Shown here piece after piece: positions 10,668 to 22,751 of a DNA stretch of 64,000 nt. Made by a program: the position numbers and the translations under genes. The first letter of the stretch is position 1; every line of letters starts with the position of its first letter. Source of the DNA: Octopus sinensis. Lineage: Eukaryota. Location of the stretch: the NCBI RefSeq assembly GCF_006345805.1, contig NW_021834954.1:1-64000 (forward strand), given 5' to 3'. The notes under the pieces are model-generated. The model had not been told where the DNA came from and did not search any database. It worked only from the letters and a program-made list of their open reading frames with translations.

Positions 10668-11210
10668 CGTCATCATCATCATCATCATCATCGTTTAACG
10701 TCCGCTTTTCATGCTAGCATGGGTTGGACGGTTTTGACTGAGGGCGGCGAGCTGGCAGAAACGTTAGCACGCCGGGCGAAATGCGTAGCCGTATTTCGTC
10801 TGCCGGTTACTTTCTGAGTTAAAATTCCGCCGAGGTCGACTTTGCCTCTCATCCTTTCGGGGTCGATAAATTAAGTACCAGTTACACACTGGGGGTCGAT
10901 GTAATCGACTTAATCCGTTTGTCCTCTCTCTGTTTGTCCTCTCTGTGTTTAGCCCCTTGTGGGTAGTAAAGAAATAGGTTTTGACTGAGGGCTGGCAACC
11001 AGATGGCTGCACCAGGCTCAAGTCTTGATCTGGTAGAGTTTCTACCGCTGGATGCCCTTCCTAACGCCAACCACTCCAAGAGTGTAGTGGGTGCTTTTAC
11101 ATGCCACCAGCATGGGGCCAGTCAAGCGGTACTGGCAATGACCTCGCTCGAATCTTTTTACAGGTGTCAGTGAAGCGACAGTAACGATCACGCTCGAATG
11201 GTGCCATTTA
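10668..11210 (-). mobile_element. RTE 3' UTR/tail copy interrupted by a SINE
   Basis: (CAT)n-CGTTTAACGTCC...GCTAGCATGGGTTGGACGG and GCTGGATGCCCTTCCTAACGCCAACCACTCC match the reverse complement of 3900-4055. Confidence 0.85.
10744..10976 (+). mobile_element. tRNA-derived SINE (second family) with target-site duplication
   Basis: Head GGCGGCGAGCTGGCAGAAACGTTAGCACGCCGGG..., central CCTTTCGGGGTCGATAAATTAAGTACCAG; flanked by a direct repeat GGTTTTGACTGAGGG at 10730-10744 and 10977-10991. Confidence 0.85.
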
Positions 11211-11240
11211 CGTATTATTATCATTATTATTATTATTATT

Positions 11241-11274
<34 letters not shown>

Positions 11275-11435
11275 GTTAGGGAATATAAAATTCCAAGCCA
11301 AGAATTTAGAGACAAAACCTCTACGTAGCAATTCAAACAATACTGAATGATATTATCTATACAAAACCATATAGAAAGTAGTTAAATATATTATAAATAT
11401 TATTCTAAAAATCATAAAACTAAAATAAACATTAT

Positions 11436-11533
11436 ATTGACTACGTGCGTTTCGTGACCATATATTTAAATCGATAATATTAAAAAGTTAATTTTACTTC
11501 AATTTAAAATTATATAGCCACTCGTCAGGTAAA
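11436..11533 (-). ncRNA. Type I hammerhead ribozyme motif with long AT-rich stem II
   Basis: Minus strand: core CTGACGA (11528-11522); stem II GTGGCTATATA/TATATGGTCAC (11 bp with G-U); GAAA; stem III ACG-CA-CGT; GUA cleavage; stem I TTTAC/GTCAA with one mismatch. Confidence 0.7.
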
Positions 11534-11959
11534 AAAATATAAAATAAATGAAGATTTTATAATTAAACAATAAATATATCTATCTTAACATTAAATAATC
11601 CAATTAAATTTAACAATATTAATATACAGTAAAATCATCACTGAGATTTAAATGAAATTTAAATCTTGTATTCAAGGAAAACTTCCTACATGACCCTGAG
11701 TGTTAAAGAACATTGAATTGTCAGAGACCAAGCTCGCTTCAGATGCCAAGAATGCTAGACATAAATATTTCATCTACTTTTAATTCGTAATTTAACTTTC
11801 ACCTGTGCTTTGCTTCAGCACATCAACAAATAAACTTCAGTGCATTTTTTTATAAGTCATAAACAAGCAATTCATTTCATTTCGATGAAAAGCCATGGCA
11901 ATGGTGAAATATTGGTATCTATTGTTTTTAATTTAATTTAATTTTTTGGCTCAAATAGC

Positions 11960-12330
11960 AAAAGCAAGGCCATGCTGGGGGACATGGAGTTATGTACAGG
12001 GAGGGTGTTCATACAACGAGTTCAGGCCATTTCTGGTCGAGGAAGACTTTGAACCAAGTGGTCATCGACATCTTCACTATCTCGTCCGGCAGCTTATTCC
12101 ACGGATCCACAACCCGGACGGAGAAATCCCCTCTCCTTCAATTGAGATGAAATTGTCGTAGATAGAGCTTTTTGGAGTGACCCCGCAGCCCACACTCTGG
12201 AGCAGGAGTGCAGAACAGCTCTTTCGATGTTACACTTTCCGCTTATGATGTTCTTGGCATTTAAGGTGAATTTTCTTGCCAGGTCTATTACACTTGGCAT
12301 CATATAGGGAGTACGCACAACTGATGATGT
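11960..12330 (-). mobile_element. CR1-type LINE 3' fragment
   Basis: Minus strand: LRGHSKKLYLRQFHLN*RRGDFSVRVVDPWNKLPDEIV...FKVFLDQKW, the typical CR1 ORF2 C-terminus. Confidence 0.8.
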
Positions 12331-12399
12331 TTGTATATTTTTCTATGAGGTGAATGCTGAAAAGTTTCTGGCTGTGGATAAAAGAAAATGGAGAGGCAG

Positions 12400-12612
12400 A
12401 TCAGTTATAAATTTACATTTGTCCTTATCTTGTTTGTTGCTAACACAATGTTTCGGCTGATGTACTCTCCAGTCTTCATCAGGTTTCCTGGTAGAATTTT
12501 GAACCGGAATTCTCATTCCTAAGGTATTTTTCTGATGTTATTCAGGTCACTGCCTGGAATCAAACTCGGCATCTTGAGGTTAGTAACCTGCGCTCTTAAC
12601 CACAACACCATA
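12400..12612 (-). mobile_element. tRNA-headed SINE-like element with a hammerhead-like 3' module
   Basis: Minus strand: A-box-like TGGTGTTGTGGTT, anticodon-arm-like GGTTACTAACC, B-box GAGTTTGATTCC (12612-12548); downstream CCTGATGAAGACTGG...TCAGCCGAAACATTGTGTT (12487-12442). Confidence 0.65.
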
Positions 12613-12615
12613 TAC

Positions 12616-12646
<31 letters not shown>

Positions 12647-12705
12647 ATGTATGTATGTATGTAAGTATGTATGTATGTACGTACGTACGTACGTATGTAT
12701 GTATG

Positions 12706-12736
<31 letters not shown>

Positions 12737-12773
12737 ATACGTATGTATGAATATATATATATGAGTGTGTTTG

Positions 12774-12841
<68 letters not shown>

Positions 12842-12844
12842 CCC

Positions 12845-13120
12845 TAGTTTTGTCGGGACGTTCGGAGTCTGCGCAGTGATCTGATTAGTTAGAGAGAGTA
12901 AATCATTAGAAGCACATGCTTCTAGTGAGTTAGGATCTCAGAAAAACAGGGCTCTCACTGACGAATTCTCCCTGAGCAAATAAATTATCTTTATTGCTGA
13001 AAAGAAAGAAACTGCAGTCTGAGAATAACCGAGTTAGTAAACGTTTTTATCTTCATTTCACTAAATTTATCCAGCTTCTGTGTTCCTAGCACATATTTCG
13101 CCTTAATGTACTGATATATG
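12845..13120 (+). mobile_element. Penelope-type terminal repeat, diverged relative of 29640-29980
   Basis: Aligns by eye with the reverse complement of 29640-29930 (TCTGCGCA.TG.TCTG, AGATAAATTAT, GAAACTGCAGT, GAGTT.GTAAACGTTTTT). Confidence 0.65.
12953..13024 (+). ncRNA. Type I hammerhead ribozyme motif (diverged)
   Basis: Stem I TCTCA/TGAGA; core CTGACGA 12958-12964; stem II TTCT/AGAA with an A-A mismatch at the base; GAAA 13008-13011; palindromic stem III ACTGCAGT; GUC cleavage after 13019. Confidence 0.65.
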
Positions 13121-13191
13121 GAAAATATATGGCTTGTGTTAGAAATACCAGCGATTATAATTATTTTTATTTTATCGCAATTTGATTTGTT

Positions 13192-13282
<91 letters not shown>

Positions 13283-13426
13283 ATGTAGATACCAGTTCAA
13301 TGTACGAGCATTTAAATCTGATTGGGAAACTAATCTGAATAAAATAAAAACCATGTATAAATGGATCCTCACTTGCAGCCAGTTGGTGAATTGTTTTCGG
13401 CTTTAATAAAATACTATATACATATA

Positions 13427-13760
13427 TACTGAGTGTCCTGATATTTAGGCAACTGAAGTTTCAGTATTAAATAACTATCAATGAATGTGATAAGATATAA
13501 AAATTATACATCATTATAAAAACTTAGTATGTCTTGTTTTTGTTTCAGACAAAATAAATTCAGATTTATAAATTAAATAATGACTATAGACCAAAATACA
13601 ATCATGACCATCCACAAAGAATGCGAAAATAATAGAGCAATAGCAAAAATCCTTAACAGTAACCAAAAACACAGCCTCGAAAATTGTAAAGAAATTTCAA
13701 GAGACTGATTCCACTGCAGATCAACCTTAACATGGGCCAAAAAAGAAGTGTGAAGCCCCC
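13427..13760 (+). mobile_element. Tc1/mariner-like transposon 5' fragment (HTH region)
   Basis: NRAIAKILN..TKNTASKIVKKFQETDSTADQP*HGPKKK resembles the Tc1 paired-type HTH and GRPR linker; preceded by TA-CTGAGTGTCC. Confidence 0.55.
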
Positions 13761-14194
13761 TCAGTTATGACCCTTTATTTTTACCAAAATCTCTAATTGG
13801 TGGGTGGGAGAAAGATATCCCGCAAACAGGAGGCCTTACAGGAATGCATACAACTGCTTAATCCTCTCCTAAAATGACCGCGAATGTCAGATGATGATTT
13901 TAGAAAAGGGTGGAGGATTAAGTCTATCACCAAATACTGCAAGATATTTCAAGCTATGTATATGATATGTGGGTTATGTGGTTTACTCTTGAAATCATTG
14001 AGCTGTGACCATGCTACGGTTTTGCTTTGGTGGGTCTAATCAATCATATAAACCCCAACTCTTGCTTTTAAGTCTGTCATCTATTCATAATCTAAATATT
14101 TGTGGAACAGCTAGGTTAGGAAACCTACTAAAGATTTTAATTAACCAGTAAATACTGATAAATTTACAGCTTGTTTTAATGATGGAAAGTATTT

Positions 14195-14228
<34 letters not shown>

Positions 14229-14932
14229 CAGCATGGGATTTTGTCAGTGAACTAGTCGCAGTCTCAAAGCGATGAAAATATTTTGAGAAAGAAAAATGAC
14301 AACATTATTCAAGAGATGATTTCTTTTTTCTAGCTCGAAGCTGAGAAAACTAATAAGGAGAGTCGAGGAGGCGGTCGAAAAAGTCAGCTTCTATATGTGG
14401 CTGAAACGGGAAGACCAACGCTGGCTTGAAAGTCATAACATGCCAGCAGGAAAATAACATCAGTAGGTGAGACAGGCTGACACTGAATTAGCTTCACTGA
14501 TTGACAGGTGACGGTCTCGTTTAAAGAATGCGTGGGCTAAGACTACGCACCTTCATTCGTCAGTTAAATTTGAGACAGTGTCATGTGACAACTTGCTGGG
14601 GTTGCCTGCTGGAGCCTAGCGGCAGGTATTTAAAGGGGGAAAAATTTGACAAGACAGTCAGTCGCTCGTTGACGCTACACAGAAGAGGCCAGGGAACAGA
14701 AGAAAGAAGACACTTCTGAAAGAGAGGGCCCCGCCACGCCAAAACGGTAGAGGAGCAGAAGCTGAAACCGTACGTGGTTCCTCCTGATGATGTCTTGAGC
14801 TAACTGGACCCTAGAAAGGAGCTGTTGTAGCAGACCACGAGACACGGTTGAAATTCCTCCAATTTAAATGTTGAAGTAAATCTAACGGTTTTTGTGTGTT
14901 TCTTAAATGGCTTATAAACACCTTCCATGCTG
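14229..14932. mobile_element. Non-coding interspersed repeat with short terminal inverted repeat; a shorter relative lies at 47209-47344
   Basis: CAGCATGGGA ... TTCCATGCTG. 14229-14290 and 14860-14932 are joined directly in the 47209 copy. No TSD seen; class unresolved. Confidence 0.55.
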
Positions 14933-15060
14933 CCACTGTTTATATATATATGTATGTATATATATAAATAAACTCGAAAATGTTTGAATAGGGATGTATT
15001 TCTAGCATCTCTATATCTGACTAACACAGAAACGCGTTCACAAGTGATCTAACTTTCGTT

Positions 15061-15718
<658 letters not shown>

Positions 15719-16559
15719 TGAATCATAGGAGCTGCAGTGATATAACATAGACATAATGTTATTGTCTAAAATGAGGGTTACTTCACCGTACATTGTGGTG
15801 GCTATATGTTTCATTGGGTGGTGAGGATAGTAGACAGTGCAATGCTTGAAAAAAAAAAGTTCAAGAATTTCATAGTTTCTACACTGTGAGAGATTTCTCT
15901 TTGGATTTACTGATTACCTTGATATCAGTGAGATTGCCATTGTCAAACAAGAGATTTGTTATTTTAGTAAGTGTCTACCCTCCAACCATGTGTTCCTCTG
16001 AAGAGAAAAAAAGACTAATATTCTATCTTTCATGAAAAAAGCTTCTGTGCAGTGTTCTTTCTGCTTATAAAATCTTCATATTTGGTGATTTCAATGAAAG
16101 CATTTGCAGAGATAAAAAAGTTTGGGATATAATTGGGAAACATGAAGCCAGAAAATGCAATAGTAATGGCTTGTTTAGTACTGCAAATGTGTTCGATTTT
16201 TGCATATACTGGGTAACTGTCAATCTCCTAGTGTGGAGCATGCTGTATTTGAGCACCAAATGTGTGGGAGTATTTATGTGATCAAGATGAAAGGCAATTA
16301 GGTCTCTCATTAATTTCTGTTTGGTGAGTTGGCCCTGAGGAAAAATCTAGGCAACAAATTGAAATCAAGGCATGAATGCATTAGAGACACTTAGAGGATC
16401 TAGATCAAATTAAGTTTTTGATGGAAAAAATTGGTTCATGTTGGAATGAGTGAATTTGAATGAATGTCAATAAAATCTTAGTGTGCATGAAAAGCTTGAG
16501 AGAGATTTTTGAAAAGGTCTTAATATTAATGTTTCCATTGTGTTTTGCTTCAAAAACTA

Positions 16560-17734
16560 CATAGACATGACAGAATTAAATAGACATCCTTATAATTGTT
16601 AAAATTTATTTAAATTATTTATTAATTATTATAATGTGAATATCTAATATTTAGTAGACAGGCTCCTTGCATTTTTGAATGCAAGGACCCTAGCAGGCAT
16701 GCTACTGATCTGATGAATATTCTCTTCATGATTTTCTTGCCAAGTTTCTTGCAGTAATATCAAAAGATCTGGCTTTAAGGATGCTTTCTTTTTCTTTTTA
16801 GGAAGTATCCCATCCATCATGTCTCAGGGGTGTTCAGTAGGGTTCATATCTGGTGATTGGCTTAGCTATGGAAGATGTTTAATGCCATTCTCTTCCAACC
16901 AATCCTGGGTCTTTTAGTTGTGCAAGAAAGCCCTATCTTCCATAAATAGTGTTCTTTAATCATTTTACCCCTAGAGGATATAGGAAGAAGATTTTTCTAT
17001 AATATGGACACATATCTGAGTTTATGTATCCCTCACACTCCACCATTTCTGATTGACCATTGCTCCAAATTTCTCTCCAGACCATCACGTTTCATTGTTG
17101 GCTGCAATATATTCACGTGAAAATATTGGTGACTGATTCTCCAGACCCACATTCGACCAGTGTCAGAAAATACAGCAAATCTGGATTCATCAGAGAATTT
17201 GACAGTGTCCCAAAGTGCTAGTGACCTCTCTACCATCTCACTTGTCCAATCTTTTCTCCATTTGATATTGGCTGGTCGAAGCAGTGTCTTCTTTCTTGCT
17301 GCTCTGCCATAATAGCCAATTTTGCAGAGATAACTGACAGCTATTCTGGGACTGACATCAACTTCTGTTATATTGGAGGCCTTGCAATGAGGATTATCTT
17401 ACTTTTCTTAAGAAAGCAAAGTGTTCTGTTAGAGGGCCTTAGTCTACTTTCCCGTTTAGTGAATTGAAAAATTACTCTATTTACTGTAGAAAGTAGAATC
17501 ACAATGTTTTCTGTGGTTTTAGGCTAAGTCAGCCTTGAAATAGGCGCAGCATATGGCCTCTTTGTAAATTGGACATTTTTAAGGCTTCTTTTGTACATGA
17601 TATGATTAAACAGGCACATATAGAATCTGAAACATATAAATGTCAATTGATAAAAAAAATATAAACCTCTTCAAGTTATAATAACCATAAAACAATGTGT
17701 TAATGGGTATCTATTTACTTTTGTCATGTTTGTG
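16560..17734 (-). mobile_element. Tc1-family DNA transposon, degraded, with TIRs and TA TSD
   Basis: TIRs CATAGACATGACAGAATTAAATAGA (16560-) and TCTATTTACTTTTGTCATGTTTGTG (-17734), each flanked by TA. Minus strand: WDTVKFSDESRFAVFSDTGRMWVWR and WLEENGIKHLP*LSQSPDMNPTEH. Confidence 0.85.
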
Positions 17735-18477
17735 TACAAATGTATCATTTGTTAGAACTGCACTTTGAAAGAAAAAAGAAAACCTTTAGTAGAAAATTAT
17801 CATTAGCTACGACAATGTTACCCAACTATTAAATCTTATATTTTTCAAACTCATGCTAGGATGGAAAAATGAACGTAGATATGAGACTTATTTTTACACA
17901 TGTATTGATGCATATAAAACATGAAATTATGTTGTCTACATACTTAAATACTTGCAATTAATTCATTGTAAGAACATAGAATTTTGACAGGTTTTCTTGA
18001 GTTGTTGCTCATCTACAATAATCTGATAAGTTTGAGGTTATTGTTGGTTGCATAAGATTGTCATTGAATTTTCTCTGAACAGAAATATCTAATCATCATT
18101 TTATCCATACTAGCATGGGTTGTATGTGTTATGTTGATATCTGTTTCAGTTTAATTCCCTCTGCAATAGTTTCTTTTTTTTTGTGTTTATGCAATATGGT
18201 ACTCTCATAAAATACAGTTGTATCTTGCCTTACACAGTATTCTGTTTCTTAGTTCACTTTTGCACAATTTTGCTCATTTTCCTCTATTTGTTTCTTTTTG
18301 TTTTTACAAATATAGAAGTAGTACTTGCTTCAGTTTCTCATTATATTTTGTTCAATATTTTTGAATTTGAAATATTAAAATTGATTTCACTGGAAATGAA
18401 AATTCAATGTATAAAATTAACTTTAAACTAGAAGATGTTCAGCATAAAATGCAAAAGTTTTACAAAAAGAATTGTTC

Positions 18478-19280
18478 TCATCATCATCATCATTTAATGT
18501 CCATTATCTATGCTGGCTTGGGTTGGACAGTTTCATCAGGGCTGGTAAGCTGAGGGTCTGCAGCAGACTCCAGTCTTGATTTGTCATTGTTTCTATGGCT
18601 GGATGCCCTTCTTAACATCAAGCACTCCATGAGTGTTGTGGGCAGGGGTTGTGAAAAAAATTAATTGATGGGAAATTAATTACAATATATTGTCTTCTAA
18701 GGCACAGCATGTCATGAAAGGTGTTGGTCATTAGTCATTGCCTTTATAAGTTCCAACAGTCAAAGATCATGCATTACCACCTTGTCCAGTGCCTTCTTAT
18801 GTCTACTTCTTCTGCCATGTAGCATAGCTGTCTGCACAGGTATAATCAATCTGCCTTTCACTCTGAAGGAGAGACCCTTAGTTACCAAACAGAGGAAGGA
18901 GCTCTCTGAATTTGCTCAGCCTATTTTTATTCTTGCAGCCACACTCTTGGTTCATCCACCTCTGCTACTGACTTTGTTACTCAACGATCTCTAATGTACT
19001 CCTCTGGCATTTGATGGAGCCCATTTTCTGTACACTTTTAGTGTTTACTGTATGAGGCCTTCCACATACAAAAAATATTTTCCCAGTTTACCTTCCTCTG
19101 ATATTGCTACACCTATTATGTGTTATACAGAGTACATCTACCTACCTTCTTTTTGAGGATGGCCATGTACATGAAGGGCTTTATGATTTATCTGTTTTCC
19201 TACTTACTAAGACTTTGGGTTAGGGTTGGGTAGGTTAATTCTGTGACCTTTCAATTCTAGACCTTGCTTCCGTACGCACA
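18478..19280 (-). mobile_element. Old degraded RTE 3' portion with (GAT)n tail
   Basis: Tail at 18478-18495; minus-strand VTKGLSFRVKGRL..VQTAMLHG matches 3250-3330. Confidence 0.75.
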
Positions 19281-19382
19281 ATTTGTTCTCTAGTTCTGGT
19301 AGTGATTTAGCTAAAAGAAAAAGCTCATCAGTAAATAAGTGTGAAAACTCTTTGCTTTCACAAACACTTTATGTACACAAAT

Positions 19383-21270
19383 TGAAGCAATGAAAAAAAA
19401 GGTCCTCGGTATACATGAAACGTGAAGGAAAATATTTGGATAATGAAACTAATAATGTATGGCTAATTGAATGTAATATAATAAATGATAATATATGAGT
19501 GTTCAGTTGTCATCCTCTATGCCCTCCCCAATTCCTTTGAGAGAAGCAAAGAAGACTAATAATATGTATTAAATGATTAACGAAAATAATAATTAGTGCA
19601 AGAGACCCTTAATCAATATTGACGGTGTGATGATCAAGGAGCAACGTGTCAGTTGTGCATCAGGCTTTTGTGTCAGTCTTTGCGAGTCTGGCAGAGCGAC
19701 AAACAGGACAATTGCTGGATGGGGGATAAACTACATCAGGCAAAGGTCGCTCTTGGAGGGCAGGGGTTTGAAGGGGTGTTGGGGTATGAATACTTGTGGT
19801 TAAAGGTGGGGTAAGTTGGCGTGGCTCTGTGGGTAGGCGGTAAGATGCATTTCCGGTTATGGTGATTTGGGAGTCGGGAAGTGGGCATCTGTGTTGCAGC
19901 TGCATGAGGTGCTGATAAAGTGGGTTGAGAAGGTAGTCTCATCACTGGTGTTGGCGTGAGGAACGCAGGTGGTCCAGACACCATGAGCAGGGGGGCGTGG
20001 GGGAAGAATCAGTAGATACTTCCAGAGGATTTTTCTGTTGTGACTCGGTGTGACTCGGCCTCATCCATCCACTCTCAACATGTACGGATCGAACTGGCGT
20101 ACGTCTAAATGGTACCAGTTTTCCCCCCATTTTGGGTCCAACTTAGCTCTGGATTAGGACATAGTTCGAAAGATGTCAGTGGAAGAATTGAGCATGTGTG
20201 TTTTGACAACCGTTCAGTAGGACCCATGTTGTGTTTACGCAGGTCTTCTTTTCAATAAGTCATAGTTTCATGCCATGTGGAATGTAGCTTGTACTTGCCG
20301 GGATGGATGGGAATAAAGTATTGTATAGGGCTGCCAAAGATGCACATGGCTGGGGACAAGTGTGTGTCCCAGTCAGGTGTATTTCTTTATTGTAGCATTG
20401 TGCACTGGAAACTGTCAGTGTTAAGTAAGCCATTGGTGTCAGTGTTTTCTGTAACGAGGCCATTTATTGTCTCAATACCGACTTTGGCGCGGCAGTTGTC
20501 ATGGGGAAATGCATCGGCGGTGATTCTGTGGTGCACTCCCAAATTGTGGAAGAAGGGCGGTGCTAAGTGCCTGTGCGCCATTCGATGCTTTCTTTACGAT
20601 GGTTTTCCAGACCTGTTAGGACATACCACCATTGTCTGTCACCAAGTGACAGATGTACCAATGGGGTTAGGCTTGATAACTCCAAGTGGAACGTTCCGGG
20701 CGAGACCTGCTTTTACTTCCTCTTGCCAATGAACCTGGACTGGTATGGGCGTATGGTGGGCGACTGGTTTAGCATTAAGCGGATCGGTTGGTCAGACATC
20801 TTGGAGAATTGCCGATGGTTGCAGATGTTGAATGTGCTGGAGCTGTAGTATTGTAGCAGCTACTTCCTCAGGCGAAAACGTTTTTCCTCAGTGGCTGGGA
20901 ATGGTAGTGTAGTTGGAGGAGGGGGTTGTATTTGTTGTAGGTGGCAGGTGCATACATTCTGTGTCATTGTTGCAGATGATCGATGAGGCTTGTCAGTACT
21001 CTCTCCCGTGGATTGTTTACAGGCCAACTCATGGCACAATCAGGTGCAGGACAGGGTACGTTGGTCATACTGACTCGCTTTTTGTCATAAATAAGTCTGA
21101 CAACTGTTTGCTTTCACCAATATTTTACGCAGTCTGAAGCAATGAGTAAAGGGTCTTCAGTATACCTGAAATGTGAAGGGAAAGATGATGGATAATAAAA
21201 TGAATAATATATGGCGAATTGAATGTAATGTAATAAATTGTAATATGTGTGTTTAGTTGTAATCCTGTAA
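19383..21270 (-). mobile_element. Gypsy (Mag-like) deletion derivative with both short LTRs
   Basis: Diverged direct repeats 19383-19520 and 21135-21270 (~136 bp). Minus strand: gag start MTNVPCPAPDC (21068), PTTLPFPATEE, TPIPVQVHWQEEVKAGL..LGVIKP (RT N-terminus), then integrase [33 protein letters not shown] and DVRQFDPYMLRVDG*GRVT. Confidence 0.85.
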
Positions 21271-21289
21271 TCAGCATAGAGGAGTTGCT

Positions 21290-21500
21290 AGGGTCTGCCT
21301 GTTTTATATTCATATGTTATTACCTGAATGATTATGATACCAACAAAATTCAAGTACAGAGGTTTATACTGGGGGTTTCTTACCAGAAATATATCATGAC
21401 TGGTGTTTCTTCCTGATACAAAACCAAATTGCATCTCATCTAGATTAAGTCTTTTCCTAATTAGTTGGGCTATGATCCTCTCCGTGATTTTCATCATCTG
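21290..21500 (-). mobile_element. RTE RT fragment
   Basis: MKITERIIAQLIRKRLNLDEMQFGFVSGR matches 2320-2410. Confidence 0.8.
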
Positions 21501-22751
21501 AAGAAATTAGTGCCAGTGCAAGCACTTTATTTTTAAAGCACACATCAAGCATATGATAACATATTAGCAATAAGAAAGCGCTCTAATCGATGTCTACCTA
21601 TATACATACATATATGCAGGGTAACCATGTACTTTCTCTACAGCGACACACCTCTGCCTGTCTCTCTATCATACTACAGGTTAGGATGAAGCCACCTCTC
21701 TAGCAATCCACTCATCCTTGAAATTTACTTTTTAATTTTACTTGTGTCAGTGTTACCAAAACTTTTCTCAGACATAGAAACCATGTGAAAACAGACATTA
21801 GAGGTACGTGTAGCAATTCATTTCAGATAGTGTGAAATAACATGAAAAATGACAACATGAAAAACGAATGTTAAATGATGATGACACGCACACGTCCCCA
21901 GTGGCTAGTACACTTTAATAATTAATTTGTTTATATTATTATTGAGCAAAAAATCTATTTCATTTCGCATGAGAATGATTAGTTTGATGACTTGTGGAAG
22001 CAATGTACTGTGTAAATGTAAGGACAACTGTATTTATTAAACAAGTGTATTTCATGATTCAACACTTAGATAAAACTTGACTTTCAAATGTTGGTTGATA
22101 TTTTGCTTGTTGTTTGCATATCATGCCTTGTATTATAGATCCCAAATGGCCAAAGGTAAGTGGTTTTTCTTATTTTGGTGTGGGTTTGCTGTTAGGATTG
22201 GTTTTCAGAGTTTAGTCTATATTAGGGTCAGCTTGGGGGTTTGTGAACGGTTTTTAGAGAGAATAGTCAGGTAAGAGATCAAAGTTTGAACTAGGGGTTA
22301 GGATTTGGGGTGATGAGGAGGGTAGAGATTGAACAGGTTTATTTCGAGTGTTGATCACTGTCTTATATCGGGTTTAGCATTGAAAAGCAGGAATCATGCC
22401 TCATCCTCTACTACAATAGGAAAAATATAACCACGTTCTTCTATTGTTAACCATCATTCACAGTACATGCTGGTGTCACCGTAGCTTAGCGGATCGTCAA
22501 AGGAGACCGATAGAATAAATAGTAGGCTTACAAAGAATATGTCCTGGGGTCGATTTGCTCGATAAAAGGTGGTACTAAAGCACGGACACAATCAAAAGAA
22601 TGAAACAAGTCTTTATTATAATATTCAAGGGAAGTTACTCTAGAAGATATTTTCCAGTTATCTCCCTTAAATTTGTCAACAGAATAAACACTATATTTCG
22701 TTTTTGGATTTGGTTTGCAAGATTCTTTATATGAGTTCGTGTGTTGAAACA

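Noticed and set aside
12548-12612. Possible genuine tRNA gene
   Set aside because: The acceptor stem is incomplete and the sequence runs into a repeat body; treated as a SINE head. The same applies to the other SINE heads.
14760-14865. CTGATGA followed by a TGTCTTG/CGAGACA stem and GAAAT as a possible hammerhead
   Set aside because: Five extra bases separate the stem from GAAA, and no stem I/III pairing was found in type I, II or III topology.
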